This document shows positions 35,533 to 45,183 of a stretch of 64,000 nt of DNA, piece by piece (position 1 is the first letter of the stretch; each line of letters begins with the position of its first letter). Below the pieces are notes generated by a model. That model saw only the letters and a list, made by a program, of their open reading frames with translations. It did no database searches and was not told the origin of the DNA. The DNA is from Candidatus Omnitrophota bacterium (GTDB lineage Bacteria; Omnitrophota; Gorgyraeia; Zapsychrales; Fredricksoniimonadaceae). The stretch is from contig CAIUQE010000034.1 in the NCBI GenBank assembly GCA_903901225.1, positions 17,391-81,390 of the forward strand, given 5' to 3'. A program made the translations under genes and the position numbers.

Positions 35533-37194
35533 TTACCCTTTTTTCAGGTCTTCCAGGATGATGCTCGCGCGGGCGATCGCCTCTTTCATGCTGGAGAAAA
35601 CATTATCCTCGCCAATGAGCTCATAAAGGTTCGCCTTGACGATCTCGTTCAGGGGCTGAACGTGCAGCCCCGTGATGATCAGCGCGACGCGTTCCTTGCG
35701 GCTTTTCTCGTAAAAGCTCCTCAAGGCATGCATACCCGTCGAATCAATGATCGGCACGTCACGGAAACGCAGGATACGCACGCGCGGATTCCCGCCCACC
35801 TGCCGGTCGATCTCGTCAAAACGGCTGGCCGCCCCGAAGAACAACGGGCCATTGATCTCGTAGATCTCGACATCTTTCGGGATAACAAAGTTCGACAACG
35901 GCAAGTCTTCACCCTTTTCATCCGCGTCGTATTCCCTGGCCACCAATTTGATGTTCGTCGCGTCGGACATCCGCTTCATGAAGATGAACGTCGCCAGGAC
36001 AACACCGACCTCGATCGCCGCGTTCAGATCAACGAATACCGTCAGCCCAAACGTTGTTACAAGGACCAAAGCCCCGCCGCGCGACCACTTCAATAGCTCC
36101 ACGAACGAACGCCATTCGCTCATGTGATACGCGACAACAACAAGGATCCCGGCCAGGCAAGCCAGCGGCACATACTTGATCAAGCCGCCCAAAAACAGCA
36201 TGATCAACAGCACCGTGATGGCGTGGATCATGCCGGCTACGGGCGTGCGCCCGCCGTTCTTGATGTTCGTCACGGTCCGCGCGATAGCCCCGGTCGCTGG
36301 GATGCCGCCGAACAAAGCCGAGGCGATGTTCGCCGCCCCCTGCGCGATAAGCTCGGTGTTAGAGCGGTGCCGCGCGCCGATCATCCCGTCGGCCACAATG
36401 GCCGAAAGAAGCGATTCAATGGCACCGAGCAAAGCGATCGTGACCGCGGGCTGGAACAGCTCACGCAGCAACGCGAGATTGATCAGCGGGAAATGCGGCA
36501 TGGGCAGGACGCGGGGCAATTCCCCGAAACGGCTGCCAACCGTCTCAACCTGCAAATGGCACAGGGCCGTCACGGCCGTCACGACAATAAGTGCGATGAG
36601 CGCCCCGGGCACCCGTTTGGATATCTTCGGCGTTATCACGATCAAAAGGACCGTTAAAAGGCCCGTCATCAGCGCGTCGTAATTGACCGTCCCGATGTTG
36701 GCGATGAAAAGGTGCCACTTCTCGATGAATTCCGCCGGGACCTTGCCGATGGAAAGCCCCAGGAAATCCTTCACCTGCGAAGAAAAGATGATCACCGCGA
36801 TACCGCTCGTGAACCCGACGATAACGGAATGGGGGATGAATTTCACGGCGGTCCCGAGCCTGGCGAAGCCCATGATCAACAGAAGGACGCCGCCCATGAG
36901 GGTCGCCAGGATAAGCCCGTCCACCCCGTGCTTTTGAACAATACCATAAACAATGACCACAAAAGCGCCCGTGGGCCCGCCGATCTGCACGCGGCTGCCG
37001 CCAAGCGCTGAAATGATGAACCCCGCGACGATCGCGGTAAAAAGCCCCTTGTCCGGCGAAACACCCGAGGCGATGGCAAAGGCAACGGCCAGAGGGATCG
37101 CCACAACACCCACAATGAGGCCCGCGATGGCGTCAGAAAAGAACTGTGCTTTGGAATAATCTTTCAGGCAGGTGACAAGCTTTGGAGCGAACAT
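35533..37194 (-). CDS. SulP-family anion permease with a C-terminal STAS domain
   Basis: SulP TM core plus a STAS domain (...ILRFRDVPIIDSTGMHALRSF...). Confidence 0.8.
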   Translation of the reverse strand: MFAPKLVTCLKDYSKAQFFSDAIAGLIVGVVAIPLAVAFAIASGVSPDKGLFTAIVAGFIISALGGSRVQIGGPTGAFVVIVYGIVQKHGVDGLILATLMGGVLLLIMGFARLGTAVKFIPHSVIVGFTSGIAVIIFSSQVKDFLGLSIGKVPAEFIEKWHLFIANIGTVNYDALMTGLLTVLLIVITPKISKRVPGALIALIVVTAVTALCHLQVETVGSRFGELPRVLPMPHFPLINLALLRELFQPAVTIALLGAIESLLSAIVADGMIGARHRSNTELIAQGAANIASALFGGIPATGAIARTVTNIKNGGRTPVAGMIHAITVLLIMLFLGGLIKYVPLACLAGILVVVAYHMSEWRSFVELLKWSRGGALVLVTTFGLTVFVDLNAAIEVGVVLATFIFMKRMSDATNIKLVAREYDADEKGEDLPLSNFVIPKDVEIYEINGPLFFGAASRFDEIDRQVGGNPRVRILRFRDVPIIDSTGMHALRSFYEKSRKERVALIITGLHVQPLNEIVKANLYELIGEDNVFSSMKEAIARASIILEDLKKG

Positions 37195-37316
37195 AATACC
37201 CTTTCAGAACAACTCTAGTGGAATTTTTTATAGGATGGGATACGGGTTCAATTATACGCTCTATTAGACGGCTGTAAACAGATACCCTGCGAAAATCCAG
37301 GCAAGCGGGCTTGCAG

Positions 37317-38198
37317 TTATTTCGGCTCGGGATGGACCGTGACATCGGCGTCCGGATACACGTCCCGGATGGCTTTTTCGACGTCTTCGGTAAGGCGATG
37401 GGCGTCCTGCAGGGACATGCGGCCGTCGAGCAGGACATGGAGTTCCACAAAAAGCTGCGGCCCGGAAGAACGGACGCGCACGTTATGACAATTGAGGACA
37501 CCGGGGATCGCTTCCGCGGTGGCGATGACTTTTTCTTCCAGCCCCTCAGGCGCCGCGTCGAGCAGGGCGTTGACCGTGCGGCTGCCGAGTTGCCAGCTGA
37601 TATGGATGACAATGATGCCGACAACAAGCGCGGCAACGGCGTCCGCGTAATGGAGCCACGCAACCGCGGGGATCATGTCGCCGATCACGACGCATCCAAG
37701 CCCGAGAATAACGACTGCCGAACTCCAGATATCGGTCGAAAAATGGAGCGCGTCGGCTTCCAGCGCCTGGCTGTTGTATTTTTTCGCGGCCTTGAACAGC
37801 ATGCGCGAACGCGACACGTCAATGATGATGGACACCGCCATGACAACGAACGACCAGACGGTCACTTGCACATCCGTCCTGCCGGAAATGATGCGGTGGA
37901 TCGCCTCATAGCCGATCCACGCGCACGTCAACAGCAGGAGCGCTGTCTCAAACAACGCCGAAAGATTTTCGACCTTACCGTGGCCGTAACGATGCTCACG
38001 ATCGGCGGGCTTCGCGGAGGCGCGCACCGCCAGCAGTGTGACCACAGCCGCCACCAGGTCAAACCCCGAATGGGCCGCTTCGGCGAGAATACCCAAACTC
38101 CCGGTGCCAAACCCCACCACGATCTTCATGACAACAAGGACCATCGCCGCAAACACCGAGTTTGCAGCCACGCTCTCTTTTTTCTTGCCCTGCCCCAT
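37317..38198 (-). CDS. cation diffusion facilitator (CDF) family transporter
   Basis: HSGFDLVAAVVTLLAVRASAKPADREHRYGHGKVENL signature. The start is taken at the internal Met MGQGKKKESV. The upstream extension to 38597 is Arg-rich and looks spurious. Confidence 0.7.
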   Translation of the reverse strand: MGQGKKKESVAANSVFAAMVLVVMKIVVGFGTGSLGILAEAAHSGFDLVAAVVTLLAVRASAKPADREHRYGHGKVENLSALFETALLLLTCAWIGYEAIHRIISGRTDVQVTVWSFVVMAVSIIIDVSRSRMLFKAAKKYNSQALEADALHFSTDIWSSAVVILGLGCVVIGDMIPAVAWLHYADAVAALVVGIIVIHISWQLGSRTVNALLDAAPEGLEEKVIATAEAIPGVLNCHNVRVRSSGPQLFVELHVLLDGRMSLQDAHRLTEDVEKAIRDVYPDADVTVHPEPK

Positions 38199-38271
38199 GT
38201 CATGATCGCTAGATTTCTTCAAAAATTCCCGCACCTTTCCATCAACCCGGATCTTGCCACAAAGATCCTGG

Positions 38272-39465
38272 TTAACACTTTTTCGCGAAAGCTTTACCGT
38301 ATTCCACAAACCCGGCCATGGCCTTGTCATCAGGCTCCCACTGGTGCTTGATGCCCTCGTCCACCACCTCCAGCCCGGCCTCGGCAAGGGTGCTGTTAAG
38401 GTGCTTCTGCGCCTCCCCGGACCAGCCGTAGCAACCGAACGCCGCGGCCTTCTTGCCCCGGAACGCCATGCCGCGCATCTCTTCAAGGAAGCCGCCAACG
38501 GACGACAACGCGCATTTATTATGCGACGGTGAGCCGACAAGCAGGGCCTTGGAACGGAACACCTCCACCAGAACATCGTTCTTGTCCGCCGCGCCAAGGT
38601 TCATGACATTGACGATCACGTGCGGGTCCGCCAGGTGGATCCCCTTGGCGATCTCTTCGGCCATGACGCGCGTCCCGCCCCAGATCGTGTCATAAACGAT
38701 CGCGATGCGGTTCTCTTTATATTCATTCGCCCATGATTCGTATTTGTCGATCGCCCTGGCGACATCGGCACCGCGCCAGCAGGCCCCGTGGCTGGTGCAG
38801 ATCATGTCAATGGGAAGGTTCATCGCTTTCAATTCCCTGATCTTGAGCTGGACCGACTTACTCCAGGGGGCGATGATATTCGCGTAATATTTCATATCCT
38901 CGTCCCACAGGATCGCGGGATCCACAAGGTCGGCCCATATCTGGTCGGTCGCGTAATGCTGGCCGAAAGCATCCGTCGTAAAAAGGATATTATCACCGGT
39001 CAAATAGGAGAACATCGTATCCGGCCAATGGAGCATCGGCGCTTCAATGAAGACGAACTTCTTCCCGTTGCCGACATCAAGCGTATCGCCGGTACGGACG
39101 ATCTTGAAATTCCAATCCTTGTGGTAATGCCCCTTGAGGCATCTGGCGCCATTGGCCGTGCAATAGACCGGCACATCGGGGATCATGGCCATCAGGTCCC
39201 GCATCGCCCCGCTGTGGTCAGGTTCCGCGTGATTGCTGATGATGGCGTCGATCTTGCGGATATCGACCGCCTCGGGCAGCCCGCGCAGGAACTCCTCGGC
39301 AAAGGGGCTCCAGACCGTATCCATCAGGACCGTTTTTTCTTCCTTGATAAGATAGGAATTGTAGGTCGTCCCGTGATGAGTGGAAAGTTCATGGCCATGG
39401 AACATGCGCAGTTCCCAATCCACCTTCCCGACCCAGGAAACATTGTTCTTGATGTTGATCGCCAT
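38272..39465 (-). CDS. fprA: flavodiiron protein (FprA-type A-flavoprotein; metallo-beta-lactamase plus flavodoxin domains)
   Basis: Di-iron ligand motif HAEPDHSG in the beta-lactamase-like domain, with a C-terminal flavodoxin-like domain. Confidence 0.8.
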   Translation of the reverse strand: MAINIKNNVSWVGKVDWELRMFHGHELSTHHGTTYNSYLIKEEKTVLMDTVWSPFAEEFLRGLPEAVDIRKIDAIISNHAEPDHSGAMRDLMAMIPDVPVYCTANGARCLKGHYHKDWNFKIVRTGDTLDVGNGKKFVFIEAPMLHWPDTMFSYLTGDNILFTTDAFGQHYATDQIWADLVDPAILWDEDMKYYANIIAPWSKSVQLKIRELKAMNLPIDMICTSHGACWRGADVARAIDKYESWANEYKENRIAIVYDTIWGGTRVMAEEIAKGIHLADPHVIVNVMNLGAADKNDVLVEVFRSKALLVGSPSHNKCALSSVGGFLEEMRGMAFRGKKAAAFGCYGWSGEAQKHLNSTLAEAGLEVVDEGIKHQWEPDDKAMAGFVEYGKAFAKKC

Positions 39466-39565
39466 AGATCCCCTGCCTTTTAAGGACGTAGTCGCGCCGG
39501 AATAAAATTTATTACGTGAATTCTACCACACTATCCTTTTTGATGGCGTTGTGTTTTATCAATTG

Positions 39566-39598
39566 TAAAAAAAGCCTCCGGAATAACCCGGAGGCCTT
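39566..39598 (-). terminator. rho-independent terminator after the DEAD-box helicase gene
   Basis: On the minus strand: GCCTCCGG-GTTATT-CCGGAGGC followed by TTTTTTT. Confidence 0.65.
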
Positions 39599-39624
39599 AG
39601 AAAACGTCCTGTTGAGACCGTCCG

Positions 39625-40863
39625 TTATCTGAAACGGCGCCGGCCGCGCGCGAGGTTCCTGTTCACGAAACTGCGCCCGCCGCCGCTGGACCTGCCGCTT
39701 GAACCTGAACCGCCTGCCGGTGGACGGTACAATGTGTGTGTTTCCACGTCAGGATGCTGGGCCTGCGTGATCTGAGAACGAACGGTCTTCTCGATCGCCT
39801 GGATCAGGTCCGCCTGGTCCGGTGTGGCGATGGAAATGGCACGTCCTTCCATGCCCGCGCGGCCCGTGCGGCCGATGCGATGCACGTAATTCTCAGCGTC
39901 ATCCGGAAGATCAAAGTTAATGACAACTTCAATGCCCTTGACATCGATCCCGCGCGCCGCGATATCGGTGGCCACGAGCACCCTGTAACGCCCGACCTTG
40001 AAACCTTCAAGCGCCTGGCGGCGCTGGGCCAGCGTCTTGTCCGAATGGATCTCGGCCGCGCTGTGGCCCATCACCTTAATATCGCGCGTCAGTTTCCTGG
40101 CGCCGTGCTTGGTGCGCGAGAAAAGGAGCACCGAGCCGCGGTATTCGCCAAGGAGTTTCTGCAAAAGAAGGATCTTCGATTCGCGCTTGACGACAAAGAT
40201 CTCCTGCACAACATTCTCGGCCGCCGTGCCCTGGGGCGCGACCTCAATGTTGATCGGGAGTTTCATGTGGCGCCCCGCCATGACCATGATGTCACGCGGC
40301 ATGGTCGCCGAAAAGAGCATGGTCTGGCGCTCCTTGGGGACCTCGCGCAGGATCTGCTCGATCTGGGGCGCGAAGCCCATGTCGAACATGCGGTCCGCTT
40401 CATCCAGGACAAGGATAGCAACGTTATTCAAACGTGCCGTACCGCGCTGCAAATGGTCGATCAGGCGGCCCGGTGTCGCGACAAGGATGCGCGCGCCTCT
40501 TTTAATATCACGGATCTGTTCCTCCATCGACGCGCCGCCGATAAGAACCGTACTCTTGATACCGAACGGAACCGCCACCTTACGGATGGTCTCATCGACC
40601 TGCAGGGCCAGCTCGCGGGTCGGCACAACAATAAGACCGTTAGATGTCCCTTGCGCAAGCCGCTGGACCATGGGGATCGCAAAGGCCAGGGTCTTGCCCG
40701 TGCCGGTTTGCGCAATGCCCATGATGTCCTTGCCTTCGACCGCCAGCGGGATCGCCTTATACTGGATGGGCGTGGGGATCTGGAATTTCATCCGCTCCAG
40801 CGTTTCCAGCACCTTGGGGGCAATCCCAAGGCCAAAAAATGTTGTTGGGTGTGTGTTAGGCAT
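39625..40863 (-). CDS. DEAD-box ATP-dependent RNA helicase (RhlE-like)
   Basis: AQTGTGKT, VLDEADRMFDMGF, SAT and HRIGRTGRAG motifs. Confidence 0.85.
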   Translation of the reverse strand: MPNTHPTTFFGLGIAPKVLETLERMKFQIPTPIQYKAIPLAVEGKDIMGIAQTGTGKTLAFAIPMVQRLAQGTSNGLIVVPTRELALQVDETIRKVAVPFGIKSTVLIGGASMEEQIRDIKRGARILVATPGRLIDHLQRGTARLNNVAILVLDEADRMFDMGFAPQIEQILREVPKERQTMLFSATMPRDIMVMAGRHMKLPINIEVAPQGTAAENVVQEIFVVKRESKILLLQKLLGEYRGSVLLFSRTKHGARKLTRDIKVMGHSAAEIHSDKTLAQRRQALEGFKVGRYRVLVATDIAARGIDVKGIEVVINFDLPDDAENYVHRIGRTGRAGMEGRAISIATPDQADLIQAIEKTVRSQITQAQHPDVETHTLYRPPAGGSGSSGRSSGGGRSFVNRNLARGRRRFR

Positions 40864-40992
40864 GTTTTGATTCTTCTTTCTTATTCTTGTTTTTTAATAT
40901 GTAAGGTAATACGGAAGGAGGCTGAGGTGAGTTGCTCTTTGTCCTGATCGCTACCTTGTTCTGCACCATCATCCCTTATTTGCCTCCAAACG

Positions 40993-41598
40993 TCAATCCT
41001 TTTCTTTTACCACCCGTAATTGCGGTGTCAGGAGCCCGGCGACCATTTTCTGTAAAGCCTCTATCCCGATATTCTTTCGCGAGCTGACCCAAAATATATC
41101 AGGAACCCCGATGGCAAGCTGGCCGGCGATCTCCTTCTTGCGGGCCTCGATCCCCGCGGGGCCGATCTTGTCGACCTTGTTGACGATGATGCTGAAAGGA
41201 TATTTGTGATGGATAAGCCAGTTGATCATCAGAATATCCAGCTTGGTCGGCCCCGCCACCACATCAAGGATGACAAATACCATGCAGAGGCTGTCGCGGC
41301 TGCCCAGATAACTTTCGATCATCGGCCCTAACGGCGCATTGTCAGACCTTGACCCGGTGGCGTAGCCATACCCCGGAAGATCGACGATCCAGCGGTAGGG
41401 CCTGACCTCGTAGACATTAATGGTCCTGGTCTTGCCCGGGACCTGCGAGACACGCGCCATGTTCGTTTTCTGGCACAAGGCATTGATGAGCGTGCTTTTG
41501 CCGGCGTTGGACCGTCCGACAAAAGACACCTCGGCATCGCTCTCGCCGAGCTTCAACGCGTCCGTTTCGGTCACCAAATGTTTGGTCATGCGTAACAT
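40993..41598 (-). CDS. engB: ribosome biogenesis GTP-binding protein YihA/YsxC (EngB)
   Basis: GRSNAGKSTLINAL P-loop in a ~200-aa protein. Confidence 0.85.
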   Translation of the reverse strand: MLRMTKHLVTETDALKLGESDAEVSFVGRSNAGKSTLINALCQKTNMARVSQVPGKTRTINVYEVRPYRWIVDLPGYGYATGSRSDNAPLGPMIESYLGSRDSLCMVFVILDVVAGPTKLDILMINWLIHHKYPFSIIVNKVDKIGPAGIEARKKEIAGQLAIGVPDIFWVSSRKNIGIEALQKMVAGLLTPQLRVVKEKD

Positions 41599-41606
41599 GC
41601 AATATC

Positions 41607-42938
41607 CTATCTTATGAACCGCACCGCGCGGACCCTTTCCAGAAGAGAACCCTTGGACGTGCCGGAACCCGGCGAAAGATCGCTCACGACCACGCGCCCC
41701 AGCGCGACGAACACCTCGCGGCCGCCCTTCATTTCACGGTAACCTGACGTCGCGTGAATGGCATAAAGCCCGCCGTCAACCTCCCCAAGGTAAAGCATGA
41801 CATGCCCCTTGAGGCACAACAGCGTCGCCCCCGCGAGCGCCTGGCGGGCAATGGCCTCCGCCTTATCCGGCGCCTTAAATGAAATATCGAACTCCGCGAT
41901 GGGCAGGCCCGCTCTCGCCTGCTGGGCGGAATTGCGCGGCAGGTCAAACCCCATGGTCGCGAAAACCATGCGGATGAATCGCGAACAATCCTGCCCGCCG
42001 TTGCTGTCACCCCAGCCGTAGGGCGCGTCGAGCAGTTTGAACGCCTGGGTGATCGCGGCGCGGGGAGTATACGGAAGATCCCCCTCGGCCACATCGTTGC
42101 GCGCGATAAAAGCGCTGACCCATCTGGCCCGGCCGTCAGCACGGCGCAACGCGTAAACGACCTCAACCGCCTGCGGCGTCTGTCCCTTGAGCGCGAACCT
42201 GTCGCCCATCCGGGCCGTAGCCGCGGCGAACCACAACCCCGGGCCTAAGCAGACACGCGCGCGCGGCGCCGTGATAACAACAAAGATCTTGGGCGCAAGG
42301 ATGGCCCGCCAGGCATCTTCATCCGTCAACGCGATGTCGCGGGCGCGGACCCAGCCCGAGGAAACACCGTCCTTGATGAAGAACCACCGGTTATCCGCGG
42401 TCTCATGCAGGACAACGACGGGCGTGCCCGCGCTTATCCCGCTGTCCTGGACCTCGTCGAACCCGGTGTCGTTGCGTTGGGCATAAAGCGGCTCTTCCGT
42501 CGGGACACAACGTATGCGCGTGAAAGTTGTTGCCACGGCATAACGCGTGACGAGCCAGGGGCCAAGCCGGGAAAAGTTCATGTTCTGCCGCAGCGGCGTA
42601 AAGAACCCGTCGCCCGCCACGGACCCGTCGCGGCGGAAAAGCCTGTTCTGACGCAGATGCTCACCCGCCTTGAAAGCCTCGGCCCTGAGCTCGACCAAAG
42701 GGATCTTATGGGGGTACGCGGCAAGGTCATCCGTAAGCCGGTTGGCCACGAGGCCCTTGTTGAAGGCCGTGATCTCAGCCGGGGCCATCAGCACCTTGTC
42801 CGGCGCCGAATGCCGGTCAAGCCATAACCGGGGCGAACGCATCGCGGCCGTGACGCGGGGCAATGTGCCGGCGCACGCCGGGTCGACGATCGCCACGCCA
42901 ACACTGATCAGGAAAAGAAACGACAACATTGTCCGCAT
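41607..42938 (-). CDS. secreted NlpC/P60-family peptidoglycan hydrolase
   Basis: Signal peptide MRTMLSFLFLISVGVAIVDPACAG. DCSRFIRMVF catalytic Cys motif. The ORF track's extension to 43568 is high-GC read-through. Confidence 0.65.
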   Translation of the reverse strand: MRTMLSFLFLISVGVAIVDPACAGTLPRVTAAMRSPRLWLDRHSAPDKVLMAPAEITAFNKGLVANRLTDDLAAYPHKIPLVELRAEAFKAGEHLRQNRLFRRDGSVAGDGFFTPLRQNMNFSRLGPWLVTRYAVATTFTRIRCVPTEEPLYAQRNDTGFDEVQDSGISAGTPVVVLHETADNRWFFIKDGVSSGWVRARDIALTDEDAWRAILAPKIFVVITAPRARVCLGPGLWFAAATARMGDRFALKGQTPQAVEVVYALRRADGRARWVSAFIARNDVAEGDLPYTPRAAITQAFKLLDAPYGWGDSNGGQDCSRFIRMVFATMGFDLPRNSAQQARAGLPIAEFDISFKAPDKAEAIARQALAGATLLCLKGHVMLYLGEVDGGLYAIHATSGYREMKGGREVFVALGRVVVSDLSPGSGTSKGSLLERVRAVRFIR

Positions 42939-44071
42939 AGTATCCCCAGGTAAGTTCCAACGATATTGCCCAATATGGCCAGCAGGAGCCCGACCGATGC
43001 CAGGCCCGGCTGATAAACCTCGGCCACGACCGGCGCGGAAGCCACGCCGCCCACGTTCGCCTGGCTCGCCACCGCCACGAGAAAAAACGGCGCGCGCAGC
43101 AGCCAGGCGCCCGTTATCAAGAAAAACGCGTGCACCGCGACGATCACCCCGCCCGCGGCGATCAGGACCAGCGCGGAGCTGATGTTCGTCAGGCTCGCCT
43201 TCGCGCCAATGGCCGCCAGCACGAAATAAAGGATATAATAACCCAGCGCCGACGCTCCGGACTGTTCCAGGCGGCGCACGGGCGTCATCGACAGCGCGAG
43301 GCCCAGCAACGACACCAGCACGATCGTCCAGGCATAGGGAGAAATGACGTCTTTGACCAGCGGCAGCATCAGTGCCACCTGGCGCGCCAGCAGGCTTCCC
43401 ACTCCCGCGAACATCAGCACGAACGTCACGCCGCCCGCGCTCCAGCGCACCGGCGCCTGCTTTATCGCGGCCCGCGGCCCAAGCGCATCGATCACCTCCC
43501 GCCGGGAACGCAGCCAGCGGTCCATGACAGGCTGCAGCCCCGCCACGGCGATCAGCATGCCCATCCACACGTACGGCACGATGGTATCAACAACCACCAT
43601 GGGCGCGAAAATGCGGTCAGGCACACCGAAAGCCTCTTTCACCGCGATCATATTGGCGCTCCCGCCGGTCCAGGACGCCGACAAAGCGCCAAACCCGCTC
43701 CAGAAATCCCCGCCGACGGTATTTTTAAAGATACGGAAAGAAAGGACCGTGCCCGCCATGATGCCCAACGCCCCGATGAAGAACATGGCCACCGCCAGGG
43801 CACCCAGCCGCAGGATCGCTTTCAGGTCAACGGTTACAAGCAACAACAAAAGGCTCATGGGCAACAGGTGCGTCGTCACCCGGGAAAGTATCTTGGCCTG
43901 CGGGTCGATGATACCGCAGGTGGACAGGAGCATGGGCAGGAAATATATCCAGAAAACCGGGGGAAGGAAGTCGAACCACCGCCGCGTGCGCTCATGCCGG
44001 CTCAGGCCCAGGACAAGCGCTTCGACGGCCGCGAGAACGGCGATGATCAACAATGAACGCGCATCCATCAA
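42908..44071 (-). CDS. DUF819-family integral membrane protein
   Basis: 387 aa, polytopic. Confidence 0.5.
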   Translation of the reverse strand: MMDARSLLIIAVLAAVEALVLGLSRHERTRRWFDFLPPVFWIYFLPMLLSTCGIIDPQAKILSRVTTHLLPMSLLLLLVTVDLKAILRLGALAVAMFFIGALGIMAGTVLSFRIFKNTVGGDFWSGFGALSASWTGGSANMIAVKEAFGVPDRIFAPMVVVDTIVPYVWMGMLIAVAGLQPVMDRWLRSRREVIDALGPRAAIKQAPVRWSAGGVTFVLMFAGVGSLLARQVALMLPLVKDVISPYAWTIVLVSLLGLALSMTPVRRLEQSGASALGYYILYFVLAAIGAKASLTNISSALVLIAAGGVIVAVHAFFLITGAWLLRAPFFLVAVASQANVGGVASAPVVAEVYQPGLASVGLLLAILGNIVGTYLGILCGQCCRFFS

Positions 44072-44085
44072 TAAGCTCCGTCAGT

Positions 44086-45183
44086 TCACGCGAATCCCGG
44101 CGGGACAACCCCGATGCCGGGGCCGGCGTCCGCAAGGCCAAAGTTCCCTTTTCCGTCGAGATAAGGCGCGCGCGCCGACGGGCCTTTCAGGAAAAATGTC
44201 GTATCCAGGTCAACGAACCTGAAACCTCCCAGCCCCGCCGCCAGGTGCGCCGCCGCCGTGATCGCCAGGGAACTTTCCATCATCGCCCCGATCATCAGCT
44301 CTAGCCCCGCGGCACGCGCGGCGCGGGCAATAGCCTCGGCCTCGATGATGCCGCTCTTCATGAGCTTCACATTGACCGCGCTCACGGCTTTCAGGCGAAT
44401 AGCGCGCCGCACATCCTCCAGCGACTTCACGCTTTCATCCGCGCAAACCAGCACACGCCCCCTGACAGCGCGCGTGACCCTGGCAAGTCCGTCCCAATCG
44501 TCCCGAGGCACCGGCTGCTCGAGAAGCAGCGGAAGAACCCCCCGGGCCTTCAACGCCTTCAGGAATTCAAGCGTCCCCGCCGCGTCATACCCCTGGTTCA
44601 CGTCGACGATAATGCCCGCCCTCGGTGAAACACGGCTGACCGCAAGGACCCTCCGCACGTCAAGGTCCATGTCGCGGCCCACCTTGACCTTGAACACGCG
44701 AAAACCCTGCCGGAAGAACGCGGTCGCCGCGGTCCGCGCTTCATCCAGCGTCCCGATGACGATCGTGATATCCGAACTCAGCGGCGCGGGCCTTATACCG
44801 AACAGCTTCCAGAGCGGGATCCCCCGCGCGCGCGTCCACGCGTCGAAGACCGCCATTTCCAGCGCCGCCAGGCCCGCGTGGTTGCCCGTGAACGCCGCGC
44901 GAAAAGTCCGCAAAAAAGACACGGGGTCGGAAATATCCTCGCCCTCGCACGCGCGCGCCGCTTTCTTCAGGTTGTCGCGCGTCCGCGGCACGCTTTCCCC
45001 CGTGATATGGGGCGCCACCGCGGCCTCGCCAAAACCCCTGATGCCGTTGGCAAGCTCGATCATCAAAAAAACATTTTCAAGCGTGGTGTGCTGGCCTGTG
45101 GCGATACGGAATGGCGTGACAAGCGGCGCTTCGACGACAGAAACCCGCGCCCGCCGGACAACGGCCCATAAAGGATCGCTCAT
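44086..45183 (-). CDS. dipeptide epimerase / enolase-superfamily (MR/MLE) enzyme
   Basis: Enolase-superfamily fold with KVKVGRD..D..VDVNQGY..E motifs. Confidence 0.65.
   Translation of the reverse strand: MSDPLWAVVRRARVSVVEAPLVTPFRIATGQHTTLENVFLMIELANGIRGFGEAAVAPHITGESVPRTRDNLKKAARACEGEDISDPVSFLRTFRAAFTGNHAGLAALEMAVFDAWTRARGIPLWKLFGIRPAPLSSDITIVIGTLDEARTAATAFFRQGFRVFKVKVGRDMDLDVRRVLAVSRVSPRAGIIVDVNQGYDAAGTLEFLKALKARGVLPLLLEQPVPRDDWDGLARVTRAVRGRVLVCADESVKSLEDVRRAIRLKAVSAVNVKLMKSGIIEAEAIARAARAAGLELMIGAMMESSLAITAAAHLAAGLGGFRFVDLDTTFFLKGPSARAPYLDGKGNFGLADAGPGIGVVPPGFA

Noticed and set aside
41607-43568. Long 653-aa version of the NlpC/P60 ORF, and similar upstream extensions of the menC (to 61813) and CDF (to 38597) ORFs
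   Set aside because: The N-terminal extensions are Arg/Gly/Ala-rich, low-complexity read-through typical of high-GC DNA. Internal starts give proper signal peptides or canonical protein lengths and remove overlaps with neighbouring genes.
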